DNA of 64,000 bases from Lama glama (taxonomy: Eukaryota): contig CM052818.1 of assembly GCA_028534125.1 (NCBI GenBank), positions 5,954,001 to 6,018,000 of the forward strand. The letters are read 5' to 3'. The notes beneath the pieces were generated by a model. The model saw nothing but the letters and a program-made list of their open reading frames with translations, had not been told where the DNA came from and did no database searches. How positions within the stretch are numbered: the first letter of the stretch is position 1; each line of letters opens with the position of its first letter. Below, piece after piece: positions 35,471 to 48,135 of the stretch. The position numbers were made by a program, and so were the translations under genes.

Positions 35471-38400
35471 GAACAATTGTGTGAGGTATGCACAAAAGGT
35501 ATTAGACACCATCCTGACTGCAAAGAGGCTGCCGTACTTCTGTGGTGTTGGGACTTCCTATCTTGAAACAAGCAGAATGGAATGCATCGCACATTTGGTC
35601 TCACAAACTCACTGAAGCCAGCGAGGTAGTTTTATTTAGGTCACCCAATAACACACATTTGCACTTATTGAGAAACATTCTGCAGCATATGAAAAAAATT
35701 CTAAATGCTTAATTAATCATTTCTACAAACTTAGCACATTTTGTGCTTATGTACTTGTGCCAACAAGATTCCACATGTGCATTTTGATGTTCTCCTAAAT
35801 AAAATTTTCCAAATTCTTAAAAAAAATGGCTTAACCCACTATATTCAGATGAAAGAAGCAGAGCATGGAGTGGACCAGCTTTATCTAATTTTCCAAATTG
35901 AATACAATGAAAAACAAATAAATGGATGATGAAAAGCAATGTACGTCTGATTGTCTTGGCTTTCCTGTTGGTCAAGCTACTCAGGGAATTCAGCTGGGCA
36001 GGCTGAGGTTCTGTGTGCATTTGGCTGTCAGGGTCAGGCAGAGTGGCACGCCATCCACTGGGCAGACCACAGCCAGGAGAGCCACAGAAACCAAAAATGA
36101 AGGAACGCCCAGCTGAACTGTCATGGGAATGCCGGGCGCAAGTATCCGTGAGCTGCGAAACACAGGCAGAGTTGTGGAGAGACAGTGTGGCCCTCAGTAC
36201 CGCAAACGCGCTAGATACTGCTTCCCCTCGCTAAAATCAAGCAATGGAGAGATCCCTCAGTGGAAAAAGCAATTCGTGGTAGGGAATGAAGTTCCTTACT
36301 TTTTTTTCCTCATCCTCTCCCTCCCCATCCTTTCGAGTCTCCCTTGGGTCCAATTTGGGAATTCTTGCAAAGGCCAAAGTCCAGCAGTTTAACAGCTACT
36401 AAACACCACCGTAAAGTGAAGATGCAGCCCTTGAGGTGGGCTCTTGGCAACATCAGAGCAACATGGCGAACTGCACAACTCTTTGGCTGAAGGAACTAAT
36501 GGGAGAGGTGAAGGGAGGGGGTGTGGATAAACCAGATTGCAACTTGGAGATGACGACCCGTGGAGCATACGAACCCCTTTCGGTATTGCTATTTAGTACC
36601 CGTGAAGTCGACCATTATGCATTATTAAATTCATGTATTATTGAATCATGAATCCTTGTTCCCTGATAAGAAATGGAGATGATTTCTTAGTTTAAATTAA
36701 AGCCCTGCCTCCTTATTTAAATAAAACTGCATTACTGGCTGCCTAGCATGCTAATCAGAAAACTGCATTAAGCAGGTAGGACTATATGAATTAAAAAATA
36801 ATGAAACAAGACTTTTCAGCCAGACATTGTTCCCTCGTCTGCTTTTCATGACGGCAGATTTCCTACTTGGAGTTGATAAGACAACGGCAAATGAAGATAA
36901 CAACATGAGAGGGAAATCATTCACTCTAATGGGCTCCACCTGTGCAGACTTCGGCTCATTTACATGGCTGCAGAAAAATTAGAAATCATGCGGCAATTAG
37001 TCTGTTCTAGATTATGCAGTGTGTCAACTGATACCACTCAGGAGAGCACTAGTGCTAAAATGGTTTCAGAAGATAAATCTGCCCTCCTATACAAACAGTT
37101 TTAATTACCTGGAAAACGGCACTGCCTATTGAGAAATCTCCATTGTGAACCTGGGCTGCTCTCCTGCTATTGGAATCAGATGTTGGGAAATTCCGATGTT
37201 TATGTAATTGACTCATATAATATTTGATGACTTGTTGAAACTGAAATTGGGCCTTTTGGTCAGCTCCCCAGTTGTTCATCAAAGGCCCCTTTAATGTCTC
37301 TTTCAGAGTTGGTCAGGGGAAGGGAAGTTACGATTTTTTTTAAATGCTTCTGTTCACTGGTACCCTTTGCTTTTTGAACCTTAGCTCTTATAAGTCTATA
37401 CACATCTGATAATTTATCATAAAATAATTTCAAATGGGAAGCCTGAGTCAAGAGATCAAGCAACTGTGAACAACTCCTTATGAGTAAAATGTTAAGACCA
37501 TTAAGGCTTTGGATTCATACTCAAGATAGTGGGATAAAATTTTCTATTCATTTTGGCCTTGAAATATATTTATAACTTTCTTAAAAGCCACAGAAGGGTC
37601 TAGAGAAATAATATTTACAAAGGATCCTTTAAAGATTTTACTCTGATTTGCTTATAGAAATGCTTATGTACTTGCACCCACTTTGTTTATTTAGTCATTC
37701 TTTGTTTTATTACAGATGTTTTATTGGATTTGGGGCTAATACAGCAAGGTCATGGTTAATGGAGGCAGCCTGTAAAAGACAGTTTTGGCCCTTGGGTGGG
37801 TGTAACCTCTTGGGATATTGGTAGAATGTTTGTATTCTGCCTGCACTTTTAGGGAAGACAGGATCAAGGGCGCTTTTGGAAAACAGCAGGCAAGAACTTA
37901 GCGTTGTCCACTAGAGTTTGCCTCCAAAGCAAACCTAAAAAACAGCTTCCGGTTGGTGGATGGGAGTAAGAATGGGTTATGCCTGAGAAGGCAGACCATG
38001 TGCACCTTCAGTGACAAGAGCAGGATCAATCTTATCTACAGATAAAGAAGGTAATCCCCTAATACGGATGGGATTTCAGCCAGGGGAACCAAACGTGCTC
38101 TCCGAGACTGAGTTCAAGATTCCAATCCTGACTAAAAGTACAGCAAATCCAGGGACAACTCACATGGAACTTGAGTGTTCTGGTTTCCACTTTTTGTCCC
38201 AGAAGCTTTAGCCTAGTGAGGGTTTCCTCAACAAAAGACTTGCAAAGACTATCAGCTTAACAAATGTTGCTGTAGCGCCTTCCTAAAGAATAAAATGAAA
38301 TTAGTATGCTAAGGCCCTGAGATGCCCTGCAGTAAAAAAAGTTTGCTGAACCCAGCATTGTCCAGATTTATCTGAAATAAGTTAAGTACTCCTCCCCACC

Positions 38401-40574
38401 CTTCTGTAATGGAGCACTCAGCCACACCCGGCATCCCAGAGAATAACTTTGGGTCACACCGCTGCAGTGCAGGAGTGAATGGTCCAAGCAGGCTTTGCCC
38501 ATGGACACGGGGACACAAGGACGTTAGGGCCACAGTTTGTGACGCTAGCGAGCACAGAGCCCAACTTCACTGGCTGCAGGGATTTCTTTGGCTTCTTTCA
38601 AAGGCCCTTTCCTCCCATCTCAACTCCTACATGCACCGCATATACACACACAGGCACACACATACACACCCAGACCCAGACCCAGACACATGCAACCCCA
38701 GCCCAGCAGCTCTATCAGAGTCTGACACAGTTTTGCAGCTGAGGTTCCTTTCGTGAACCACTAAAGACAGAAAATGTTTTGAGTGGCAAATTTCTCATTC
38801 TCTCAAGGCTGGTCCCTAATCAGTACATTCTAGATGCCTAGGGGAGGGGTTAACTCATCACATCCAAAGAATAGCTTACGGCCTGAGGGTGTAATTCTCT
38901 CCTAGAACCAGAGCACAGAGACACCCTAGCAATATTTTTAGGATAATCTATTTTTTTTTCTGGCAATATCTTTTCTTCCTTTTCGCCTTATGAAAGAGAA
39001 TGTAAACAGAATCAAAGAATGATGAACTTTTTAATCCGGGAGGGACCTGAGAGATGGTGGAGTTCTTGGTCCTCTTTTTCCAGGGATGGACAGGAGGCCC
39101 CAGAGGGATGGCCCAAGTCGGCCCAGGACGCAACAGGACTGTATTCCAGGTCCACGGACCCAGGGCTGGAGTTTGTTCTGCCACATACCTGTGCTCTGTG
39201 GGGGAAGAGCCAAGAGGCTGGGCTCTGCCATCACCCAGGGCCCTTCAGTGGAGGAGAGGGCAGGCCCCACTCAAGAGTTTTAGCCACAGACGTATGAGTT
39301 CATCACCTGAGAAAAGTAGGTCGCTCAGCACCTGTCGCTCAGAGACGCTGACAGCACTGAAAACAAGCGACAGAAAGTCCTCGGGGGAGCTATAAATGTC
39401 CTGGGAAAGGACAGGAATCTGGGTGTAAGGCGAGTGAGTCAGTACGTGGTGGAGTCACAGTCCCTTCATGGTGTGCGAACTCGTCCCTGAGGTGCGAGGT
39501 TCCCTTCCACCGCGTCAACGTGTCAGCAGTCATTCTGTGTCTAGAAGGATGTGGACAAAGAGAGGTCCCCTTGGAGAGTGTGAGGGTTCCCGGGGTAGGG
39601 GCTCTGAGTTCAGGATGATGACTCCAACTGGTCCGTCCCTTACACAAGGGCTGTCCTCACTGCCACAGGGGGGAATTCAGCATCAAAGAGCAACAGCAAC
39701 AAAACAATTAGACTTCCTGCTTCTCGGTGCATCTATTTGAAATTCACTAGAAATAGTGATTCTTAAAAAAAAAACCTAGAAGTAAATTGGATTGAGAAAT
39801 ATCTTTAAGCAGGCGAACAATGGAAGAAATAAAAAGAAGTATCTATGGATTTGATTACATAAAATGTAACAAAATCAAAGGCAAGCTGGTCAAGTGCTTT
39901 GTCATCAGTGTAACAGGCACACATTCTAACACCTTGTTCGAGGCGGCAGGAAAGTTGCCCTGCGCTTTGAGAATAGGCAGCACCGGCAGCATCAGCTCTG
40001 CATCATCCGTATTGAAGTCTGTTCTCGGCCATCACTGTTCTTTGCTCTTTAAATCTCCTGAGATCACAGATGTGTCCTCTCACAGTTCCTCTGAGCACTG
40101 GTGATTACAGTTATGGGATGATCCCCACAGGCTGCAATGATATTTATAGCACATTTCATAATATCAAAGGGTTTCAACTTTGGCCTGCTAACTTTTATCT
40201 TCATTTCCCCCGTCACTTCAGTGCAGGCACTTGTGGTGACCTCACCATTTGCATTTAACACCCAGAATGACATCCTGCTTTTGCTTCTTTGTTGCGGGCC
40301 CAGTGCCAATGTTTGCATTCCTTTCTTTAGTCATTATAAAATATCAAAGGGTCTATAGAATACAATCAATAGCAGAGAGGGTACAACAGATGAAGCCACA
40401 GCTTTGCAAATACCCTTGATTTCATGAGAAGTCTAAGGCGAGAGTTGACTAAGGGAGTTCCCGACACGGTTCCTGGAATTATATGATATATTTCACCATA
40501 CCAGATTCCATCAACTAAGCACACAGTGGAGCCCTCAGAGTATGGGACAAAATTAACATATGGACTGTGAGCTC

Positions 40575-41675
40575 TGAGCCAAAGGAGGCTCAGCCCTTCA
40601 TTTTTTTCTCTATCTCTGCTCACTCCCTTGGTGATCTCATCCTGAACTATGGCTCTAAATACCAGAAAGTGTTTACTACTTGGAAATGTATGTCTCCAGC
40701 CCAGACTTCTCCCCTGAACTCCAGACTCATATATCCAAATGTCTACTTGACACCTCCACTTGGAAGTCTAATAAACAGCCCAGACTGTCACCTCCCAAAC
40801 AGAACTCCTGACTTTCTCATGTGTGCATCCCCTCCCCATCTCAGGAAGTGACAGTTTCACTCTTCCAGTGGCTCAGTCCTCTCTTGTTCTCATTCCCCTG
40901 AGCCCCTACTCTGATGGAGCAGGAAATCCTGTTGGCTATTATCTTCAAAATATGTTGACAATCTGAACTACTCACCACCTACAGGCGACTTCCCTGGTCC
41001 AAGCCGCCATCATTAATCACGTCAGTGATTTGGGTGGTTTCTAACTCACTTCCCTGTGTTGCCTTTGGCATCTAGAGCCCAGGCTCATCATAGCAGCCAG
41101 AACTTTAACAAAGGCTTTTCCTCAACTCTCAGGGGAAAAGCTCAGATCCTCACAATGGCCAGAAGATTCTACTGGTCTCCTGCCCACCCCTTACTTCTTT
41201 CACACGATCTTGAAATCACCTTTGTTTTTTTTCACTCACTCTCCTCAAGCTCTACTGGGCAACTTGAATGTGTTTTTGAACATGCCAGGCATGCTTCTGC
41301 CTAGGGGATTTTTTCACATTTGCTTTTTCTTTTGCTTGGATCATTCTTCCTCCAGATATCTTCATGGCTAACTCTCTCATCTCTCTTTAAGTGTTGGCCT
41401 GAATGACACCTTCTCAGTTAGCCCTTCACAGACCACACTATTTAAAATATCCTGATATCCTTTATTTATTTCCCTACTTAATTTTTGTCCATAGCACTTA
41501 TTCTATGTGAAGTTATAACTTTACTTATTTATTTACTGTCAGTTTCTCTGCACTAAAATATAAACACAATAAAGATTTTTGTCACAATTTTCCACTGTGA
41601 TAAACTTAGTGCCTGGAATTAGTGCCTGGAACATAGGAGACACATAAGAAATATTTGTTGAGTGAATGAATAAAG
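40575..41675 (+). mobile_element. L2a LINE, ~1.1 kb 3' portion
   Basis: cactcccttggtgatctcatcc...tctccagcccagacttctcccctgaactccagactcatatatccaa...gtgcctggaacatagg...aaatatttgttgagtgaatgaat. Confidence 0.85.
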
Positions 41676-41764
41676 GAAGGAAAACAGATCTACATGTATT
41701 TTTATTTATACAAGATGAGATATTTGGGAGAGGAATATACTTCTGACAAGTCAATGCTGTGCAA

Positions 41765-42200
41765 GGCAGTTGGTAAGTAAGGTTGACTTCTGTGTCACAT
41801 CTCCAAATTTCAGTGCCTTTATGTAAGTTTATTTTTCACTTGTACAAAGTCCACAGTGGATGCTCCTGATTGGGCAGGTGTCCTGAATGGCTCTCCTACA
41901 AGTAGGAATTCAGAGATCTAGGCTATTCTCATCTGTCATTCTCTACATCCTCAGAATCTTTGACTCACACCAGACAGGAAATAGAGACAGACAGTTATTT
42001 CATGACAGTTTGTATGAGATACTGCATGGGATCAATTGGTAAATGGCATACAAATTTTTGCTCATTTTCCTTTGTCCAAAACTCAGGTACATGGACTCGC
42101 CTAGAAGCAAGGATGGTGGGGAAGGAGCTGGGAAGTACACCTTAGCTGCACGTGCAGGAAAGAGTACAAGTAGTTGTTGGTGAACATCAGCAATCTTTAT
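41765..42200 (-). mobile_element. MaLR solo LTR (MLT1J/MLT1I-like)
   Basis: ctccaaatttcagtgcctt...aagtttatttttcactt...gaattcagagatctaggct...ctcattttcctttgtccaaaactcagg...gctgggaagtac. Confidence 0.55.
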
Positions 42201-42354
42201 GATACATTATTAGATCATATACACTGATGAGATAAACATTAAGTCCCTAATAGGCCCTGAATAGGCAACTTGTAGAAGAGAAAAATCTAAAACTCTAAGG
42301 AAAATATAAAAGAATGTCTAACCTCAGTGTAACAAGTGCCCAAGTTTAAATCAG

Positions 42355-43005
42355 ATTACATCTTAGGGAGTTCTTTTCTAGTTTGCTGAGAGTTTATATT
42401 ATGAATGGTTGTTAAATTTTATCAATTTTTCTCTGCATTTACCATGATAGATGCTTTTTTCCTCCTTTAGTTTGTTAATATTACTAATTACACTGATTGA
42501 CTTTTGAATGTTAAAATAACCATGCATTCCCAGGATAAGATACACTTGGTCAGGATGTATTACCCTGTTCGTATATTGTCTGATTCAATTTACTTATGGT
42601 TTGTTAAGGATTTTAGTGTCCATGGTTGTTAGAGATATTTGTTGATGAATTTCTTTGTTATTAATGTCTTTATTAGGTCTTGATATCAGGGAAACTGAGA
42701 AGTATTCCCTCCTAGTCTGTTTTCAGAAAGAGTTTGTGTATGTTTGGTATTATTTGTTCCTTGAACGTTTGCTAGAATTCATCAGTGAAGCCATCCAAAC
42801 TTTGAAAGTTTTCTTGGAGATAGTTTTTAATAAGGAATTCAATTTATTAAATAGATATAGATCTATTCAGATTTTTTTCCTTCTTCTTATATAAGTTTTG
42901 GTACATTGTGTTTTTCTTTTCAAGGAATTTGTCTTTTTTCATCTAAATTCTGGACTTATTGGCATAAAGTGGTTCATAGTATTTGTATATTAGCCTTTTA
43001 ATGTG
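42355..43005 (-). mobile_element. Old LINE-1 ORF2 (RT-region) remnant
   Basis: ttctagtttgctgagagttt...tgaatggttgttaaattttatcaa...gcattcccaggataa...cacttggtcaggatgtatta...tagaattcatcagtgaagccatc. Confidence 0.75.
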
Positions 43006-43054
43006 AAATACTATCTTAAATCTCCAGTTAGTGAATATGCAATAAGACATATAG

Positions 43055-43920
43055 TTTTCTTTTTTTTTAACAGACTTTTTTTTTAGAGCACTTTTAGGAT
43101 CACAAAAAACTGAGTGGAAAGTACACTCGTACATAGCCTCCCTCACTATGACATTCCCACCAGAACGGTACCTTTGCTAAACTATGAACCTACACATCAT
43201 TATCACTTACAGTCCACAGTTTACATTAGGGCCCACTCTTGGTGTTGCCCATTCTATGGGTTGAGATAAATGTATAATGACATGATTATGATATCATGAT
43301 ATTATGATATATGATATTACATCATTATGATATCATAGAGTAGTTTTGCTGTGCTAAAAATCCTCTGGGCTTTACCTATTCGTCCCTCCTCCCCACCCTC
43401 AAAGTCTGCAACTACTGAATTTTTTTTTAACCACTGAAATTTTTACTATCTTCTTAGTTTTTTGTCTTTTCCAGAATCACATGGTACGTAGCCTTTTCAG
43501 ACTGGCTTCTTTCACTTAGTCATATGTACTCAAATTTCCTCCATGTATTTTCATGACTTATTTCATATCTTTTTAGTGCTGAATAATATTCCATTGTATG
43601 CATGTACCACAGTTTATCCATCTACCTACTGAAAGAAATCCTGGTTGCTTCTATATTTGAGAAATTATAAATTAAGCTGCTATTAACATCCATGTCCTGA
43701 TTTTTGTGTGGATATAGTTTTCAAATCCTATGGGGATATACCAAGAAGCAAGTTTGCTGGACTATATGGTAAGAGTATGATTAATTTTAAAAGAAGTTGC
43801 CCCTGTCTTCCAAACTGGCTGTATCATTTTGCATTCCCATCAGCAATAAATGAAACTTCCTGTTGCTCCACATTCTTACCAGGATGTTGTGCTGTTAGTG
43901 TTCCGGATTTTGGTCATTCT
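43055..43920 (-). mobile_element. L1MC-type LINE-1 3' end
   Basis: ttttagagcacttttaggatcacaaaaaactgagtggaaagtaca...ccccaccagaacggtac...gtccacagtttacattagggcccactcttggtgttg is L1MC1/2-like 3'UTR, followed by ORF2-end sequence. Confidence 0.75.
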
Positions 43921-44870
43921 TTTTGTTTGTTTAATTATTTATTATATAATACTTTGATTGAAGCATAGTTGATTTACAATATTATATTAGTTTCAGGCAT
44001 ACAACATGGTGATTCAATATTTCTATAGATTATACTCCATTTAAAGTTATTATAAAATATTAGCTATATTCCCTGTGCTGTATAATATATCCCTGCTCCT
44101 TATTTATTTGATACATAGTAGTTTGCACCTCTTAATCCCCTACACAACTCTTTAACCCTCCTCCTTCTCTCTCTCCACTAGTAACTACCAGTTTGTTCTC
44201 TGTATCTGTAGGTCTGTTTCTGCTTTGTTACATTAATTCGTTTGTTTCATTTTTTAGATTTCACTTACAAGTGATAACATAAAGTATTTGTCATTCTCTG
44301 ACATTTCACTAAGCATAATAACCTCTAAGTTCATCCATGCTGTTGCAAACGACAAAACTTCATTCTCTTTTATGGCTGAGTGATACGCTATATATATATC
44401 TTTCTCACATCTTTTTTATTCATTCAGCTGTTGATGGACACTTATGTTGCTTCCATATCTTGGCCATTGTAAATAATGCTGCTAGGAACACTGGGGTGCA
44501 TGTGTCTTTTCAAATTAGTGTGTTTGTTTTCTTTTCTTCAGATATAAACCCAGGAACAGGACTGCTGGATCATATGGTAATTCTATTTTTAGTTTTTTGA
44601 GGAACTTCCATAGTTTTCCATAGTAGCTGCACCAAACTTCATTTCCACCCAACAGTGTACAAGGGTTCCCTTTTCTCCATCCTTGCCAACATTTGTTATC
44701 TGTGGTCTCTTTGATGATCGCCATTCTGACAAGTGTGCGGTGACATCTCACTGTGGTTTGATTTGCATCTCTCTCTAGTAAGTAGTGATGTTGAGCATGT
44801 TTCATGAGTCTATTGGGCATCCGTATGTCTTCTTTGGGAAAATGTCTATCCAGGTCTTCTGCTCATATTT
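43921..44870 (-). mobile_element. LINE-1 3'UTR plus ORF2 C-terminal region (cetartiodactyl-type)
   Basis: ttgattgaagcatagttgatttacaatattatattagtttcagg...; ORF 44515..44820(-) contains TLVRMAIIKETTDNKCWQG...KFLKKLKIELPYDPAV, an ORF2p cysteine-rich-region motif. Confidence 0.9.
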
Positions 44871-44899
44871 AAAACTAAATAATAAATAGATTTAGTAAA

Positions 44900-45422
44900 G
44901 TTTCTTTATTTTTAAGTGTTTTATTCCTTTTGATGTGATTTTAAATAGGATTCTTGCTTTGACTTTCAGATACCTCATTATGAGCATATAGAAAAGCAAC
45001 AGATTTCTGTATATTGATCTTGTATCCTGCAACTTTATTAAATTCATTTACTGGTCCTAATAGTTTTTTTGGGTTTTTGTTTGTTTGTTTTTTGGAGCAG
45101 ACTTTAGGGTTTTCTACATAAAGTATCATGAATATGTAAACAAGAACAGCTTTACTGCTTCCCTTCCAATTTCAATGCCATTTCTCTTTCTGGTTTCATT
45201 CCTGTGGCCAGAACTTCTAAAACTATGTTATGTAGAAGTGGCAAGAGTGGGCATTCTTGTCTTTTTCCTGGTTTTAGAAGAAAATCTTTTAGCTTTTCAC
45301 CACTGAGTATGATGTTAGCTTTTGGGTTTGTCATAAATGGCCTTTATTATGTTGAGATATGTTCCCTCTATACCAACTTTGAAGAGAGTTTTTTTCATGA
45401 ATGGATAATGCATTTTGTCAAA
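44900..45422 (-). mobile_element. LINE-1 ORF2 reverse-transcriptase segment (frameshifted)
   Basis: Peptides [71 protein letters not shown] and MILYVENPK...NEFNKVAGYKINIQKSVAFLY. Confidence 0.92.
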
Positions 45423-46357
45423 TGTCAAATTACTTATCTCTGTTTCATTAGGGCTTTCTTCTGGGGTTTTATTTTGTTCTTTTGTTTGGAACCTGTTCCC
45501 CTGTCTCCTCATTTTGTGTGGCTTTTGTTTTTTGTTCCTATGAATAAGCTGAAGTAGCTGCCTCTCCTGGTCTTGCAGGAGTGGGCTTGTGGCAGCATCC
45601 CCTGTGTAGACCGCTTACACTTGGCAGCTTTGGCAGGCTGGCTGGAGCTGGGGTGGGTGTGGGCCAGGGACTGTCCCCAGGTAGTGCTGTGCCCAAGGCC
45701 ACCTTGGTGAAGCAGTTAGGGCTGGAGCAAGCTGGGCCTGGGGAAGTCCCTGATGAGCAGTGCACCCAAGGCAGCCTTTTCCAGGCAGCTGAAGTTGGAG
45801 CGGGCCTGGGCAGCAGGCAGTCCCTGGGGAGCACCGTGCCAAGGCACCACGGTGGAGTGCCTGGGGCTGTCGTGGATCCTGGCTGGAGGCAGTCCCTGGG
45901 CTCAGGCCACCCTGACAGGATGGATGGAGCTGGAGCGGGAGTATGAGTCAGGAAAAGCCCCTGGGGGACTCAAACAGTGGCACTCACAGACATCCCCACC
46001 CTCGGAAGAGCCCCCAGCAGTTCCATGTGGCAGGTGCTCTAGTGTTAGTGAATGGATTTCCTTCCCATATAGTCTAAACTGTGGGTTTTCTGCTGTGGGT
46101 GGGTGAGTCTACCCTTGGGCTCCTTAGCAACATCCCTCCCTACTGCAGGGCACTGCACTGACGGTGGGATTCCCATAGATACTGTGTCCCCATCTTTCCT
46201 ACCAGTTTCTCTGTGGTCCTTCTATGTGCAGCAGCTGTTCAGTCAGCCCTCAGGTCTCCTCATGGGACGTTGTTCCTATGTGTAGGTGTAGATGTGGTAT
46301 GTCATGGGTGGACATGGGCTCAGGGTCTTCCTATGCCACCATCTTGGACCCTTCCTC
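45423..46357 (-). mobile_element. LINE-1 5'UTR and ORF1 N-terminus
   Basis: [29 protein letters not shown] matches the laurasiatherian ORF1p N-terminus. The GC-rich 5'UTR starts (on -) gaggaagggtccaagatggtggcatag, the CAAGATGG YY1-type L1 start motif. Confidence 0.8.
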
Positions 46358-47599
46358 AAAATCTCCTTTCCAAGTAAAACAATTTCCACGTCTGGTCCAA
46401 CAATTCTATTTCTAAAATGAATCGGATTCTTCTATGGGGAGAGAAATGTATTCTTGTTTTGTTTTGTTTTAATAGAGTCTTGACTTAAAATAGCAGTGAG
46501 CATTATATGGTTACCTTTAACTTATTCCAGCTTGAAATAAACTGAGTATCTTCTAGTTCACAGAAAAAAAATCCATTTCTCCTACAGTGCTTTCCTTTGT
46601 CATTTATATATAAAAAAATACATTAGATACATATATATTCACTGTTGATATAGCTTTCTGATTTATTGCTCATTTATATGTCTCTTTTTCAGACTTCCTT
46701 AAGAGCTATTTTGTCCTGATATTGTAATTGATACTTTTCTATCACAAGAAATGCCAAGATGTATGCTAATTTTTATCTCAAAAATAAGTCCATCATTATT
46801 TTAAAGAATCATATAAGTGCACATTATACTTTTCAGATTGCTAATTATCTTCTTCATTGTCAAATTCCTTGTGCAGAGTTTCGAAGAGTCTTTCATAACT
46901 CTCATCTTTAAATTTCTCTCATTGTTTTACATATATTTCATCCATCAAGCTTATGCTTTCTGGTGAAAAATGCATTTAAAATTATACTTTACAAGTGTAT
47001 ATTAAGAATGCCACTAAGATTGCTTATAATGTCCTCTCCCTTAATTTTGGGGTCCTCTGAATTATTGGGAAAGTCATTTCCATCCAAGTGGGACCAAGTA
47101 GTTAAATGTTGATAAAATACAAACAGAGAGACGTTAGAGAGATTTGTAAAAGCCTATTTTTCTCTTCATCAAAAATTGCTAACTCCTAATTGAACAAATT
47201 AGCTCTGCCAGTCTTTACTATTCATCAAGAAATTCCAATCCACAGAACAATAGAACAAATAGACAGACATTCATATATTTCATTTTTTTAACCCTGGTTA
47301 CCATGATTCAACTACAGAACTAACCCTACTGAATTCTTCATGACATAAAAATATAAAACTTACTTATTAACCACCACAGATAAATGTGATTTACCCTCCT
47401 AGCTTTACTGAAAGGATGGTGTATATAACAATAATCTCTGGGTGTACAAGTAAATTATTAAAAAATCTCCTCTAATATTTCTAGTAAAATTGGTACTTCA
47501 GGAAGATGTGCTGTGTTTAGCATAATGCCACGTAGACACCCTGCGTGGTTGTATCCGTGGGCACATGTGCCAAAGTTTTAAAATCATGGAAAATACAGG

Positions 47600-48135
47600 A
47601 GGAACTATAAATGCCTTAACTTGCCAGTTAAGACCTATCGTCATCTGACTGCCACCTGTCAAGCCAGCTTTGCTGCCACACTGCCCTATTTCCATCCTAT
47701 ATGACAGATACACATTGAGCTTCCTGTTGGTCCTTAAATCATCTGTCCCATTTCATACCTCTGTGTAGTATGAAATACGCAGTATTTCATATGCAGTATG
47801 AAAGGACACATATGCAGCTCCCTTTGCCTTCAAGGCCCTTTAAATGGACTCACTGTCCATCAGGTAAAATCTTACTCACCTTTCAAATCTCGGCTCCAAG
47901 CATTCCTCCTCGTGAAAATCTCTTTTATTAAATAATGCCAAGAAGGAAAAAGACTCTGTCCTCATTTGTTCTCTACTCCTGTTGTTCTTTACACCAAGTC
48001 CACATTGTGCCAATTATGTCACGGTGCTTTAATAACCATTATTTTTAATAAAAGGCATTTTTTCATCATTATTCCCCATCACTTACCACCTAGCTTGGCA
48101 CATATTTATTAATGTATAAATATTTGCTGAATGAG
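47600..48135 (+). mobile_element. L2 LINE 3' fragment
   Basis: aaatcttactcacctttcaaatctcggctccaagc...cctagcttggcacata...taaatatttgctgaatga. Confidence 0.6.

Noticed and set aside
36560..36600. Hairpin as a miRNA or other ncRNA gene
   Set aside because: The stem is too short and imperfect for a pre-miRNA, and it resembles no tRNA, snRNA or snoRNA that I know.
43280..43340. ATGATAT-type repeated motif as an array
   Set aside because: A low-complexity slippage expansion inside an L1MC 3'UTR.
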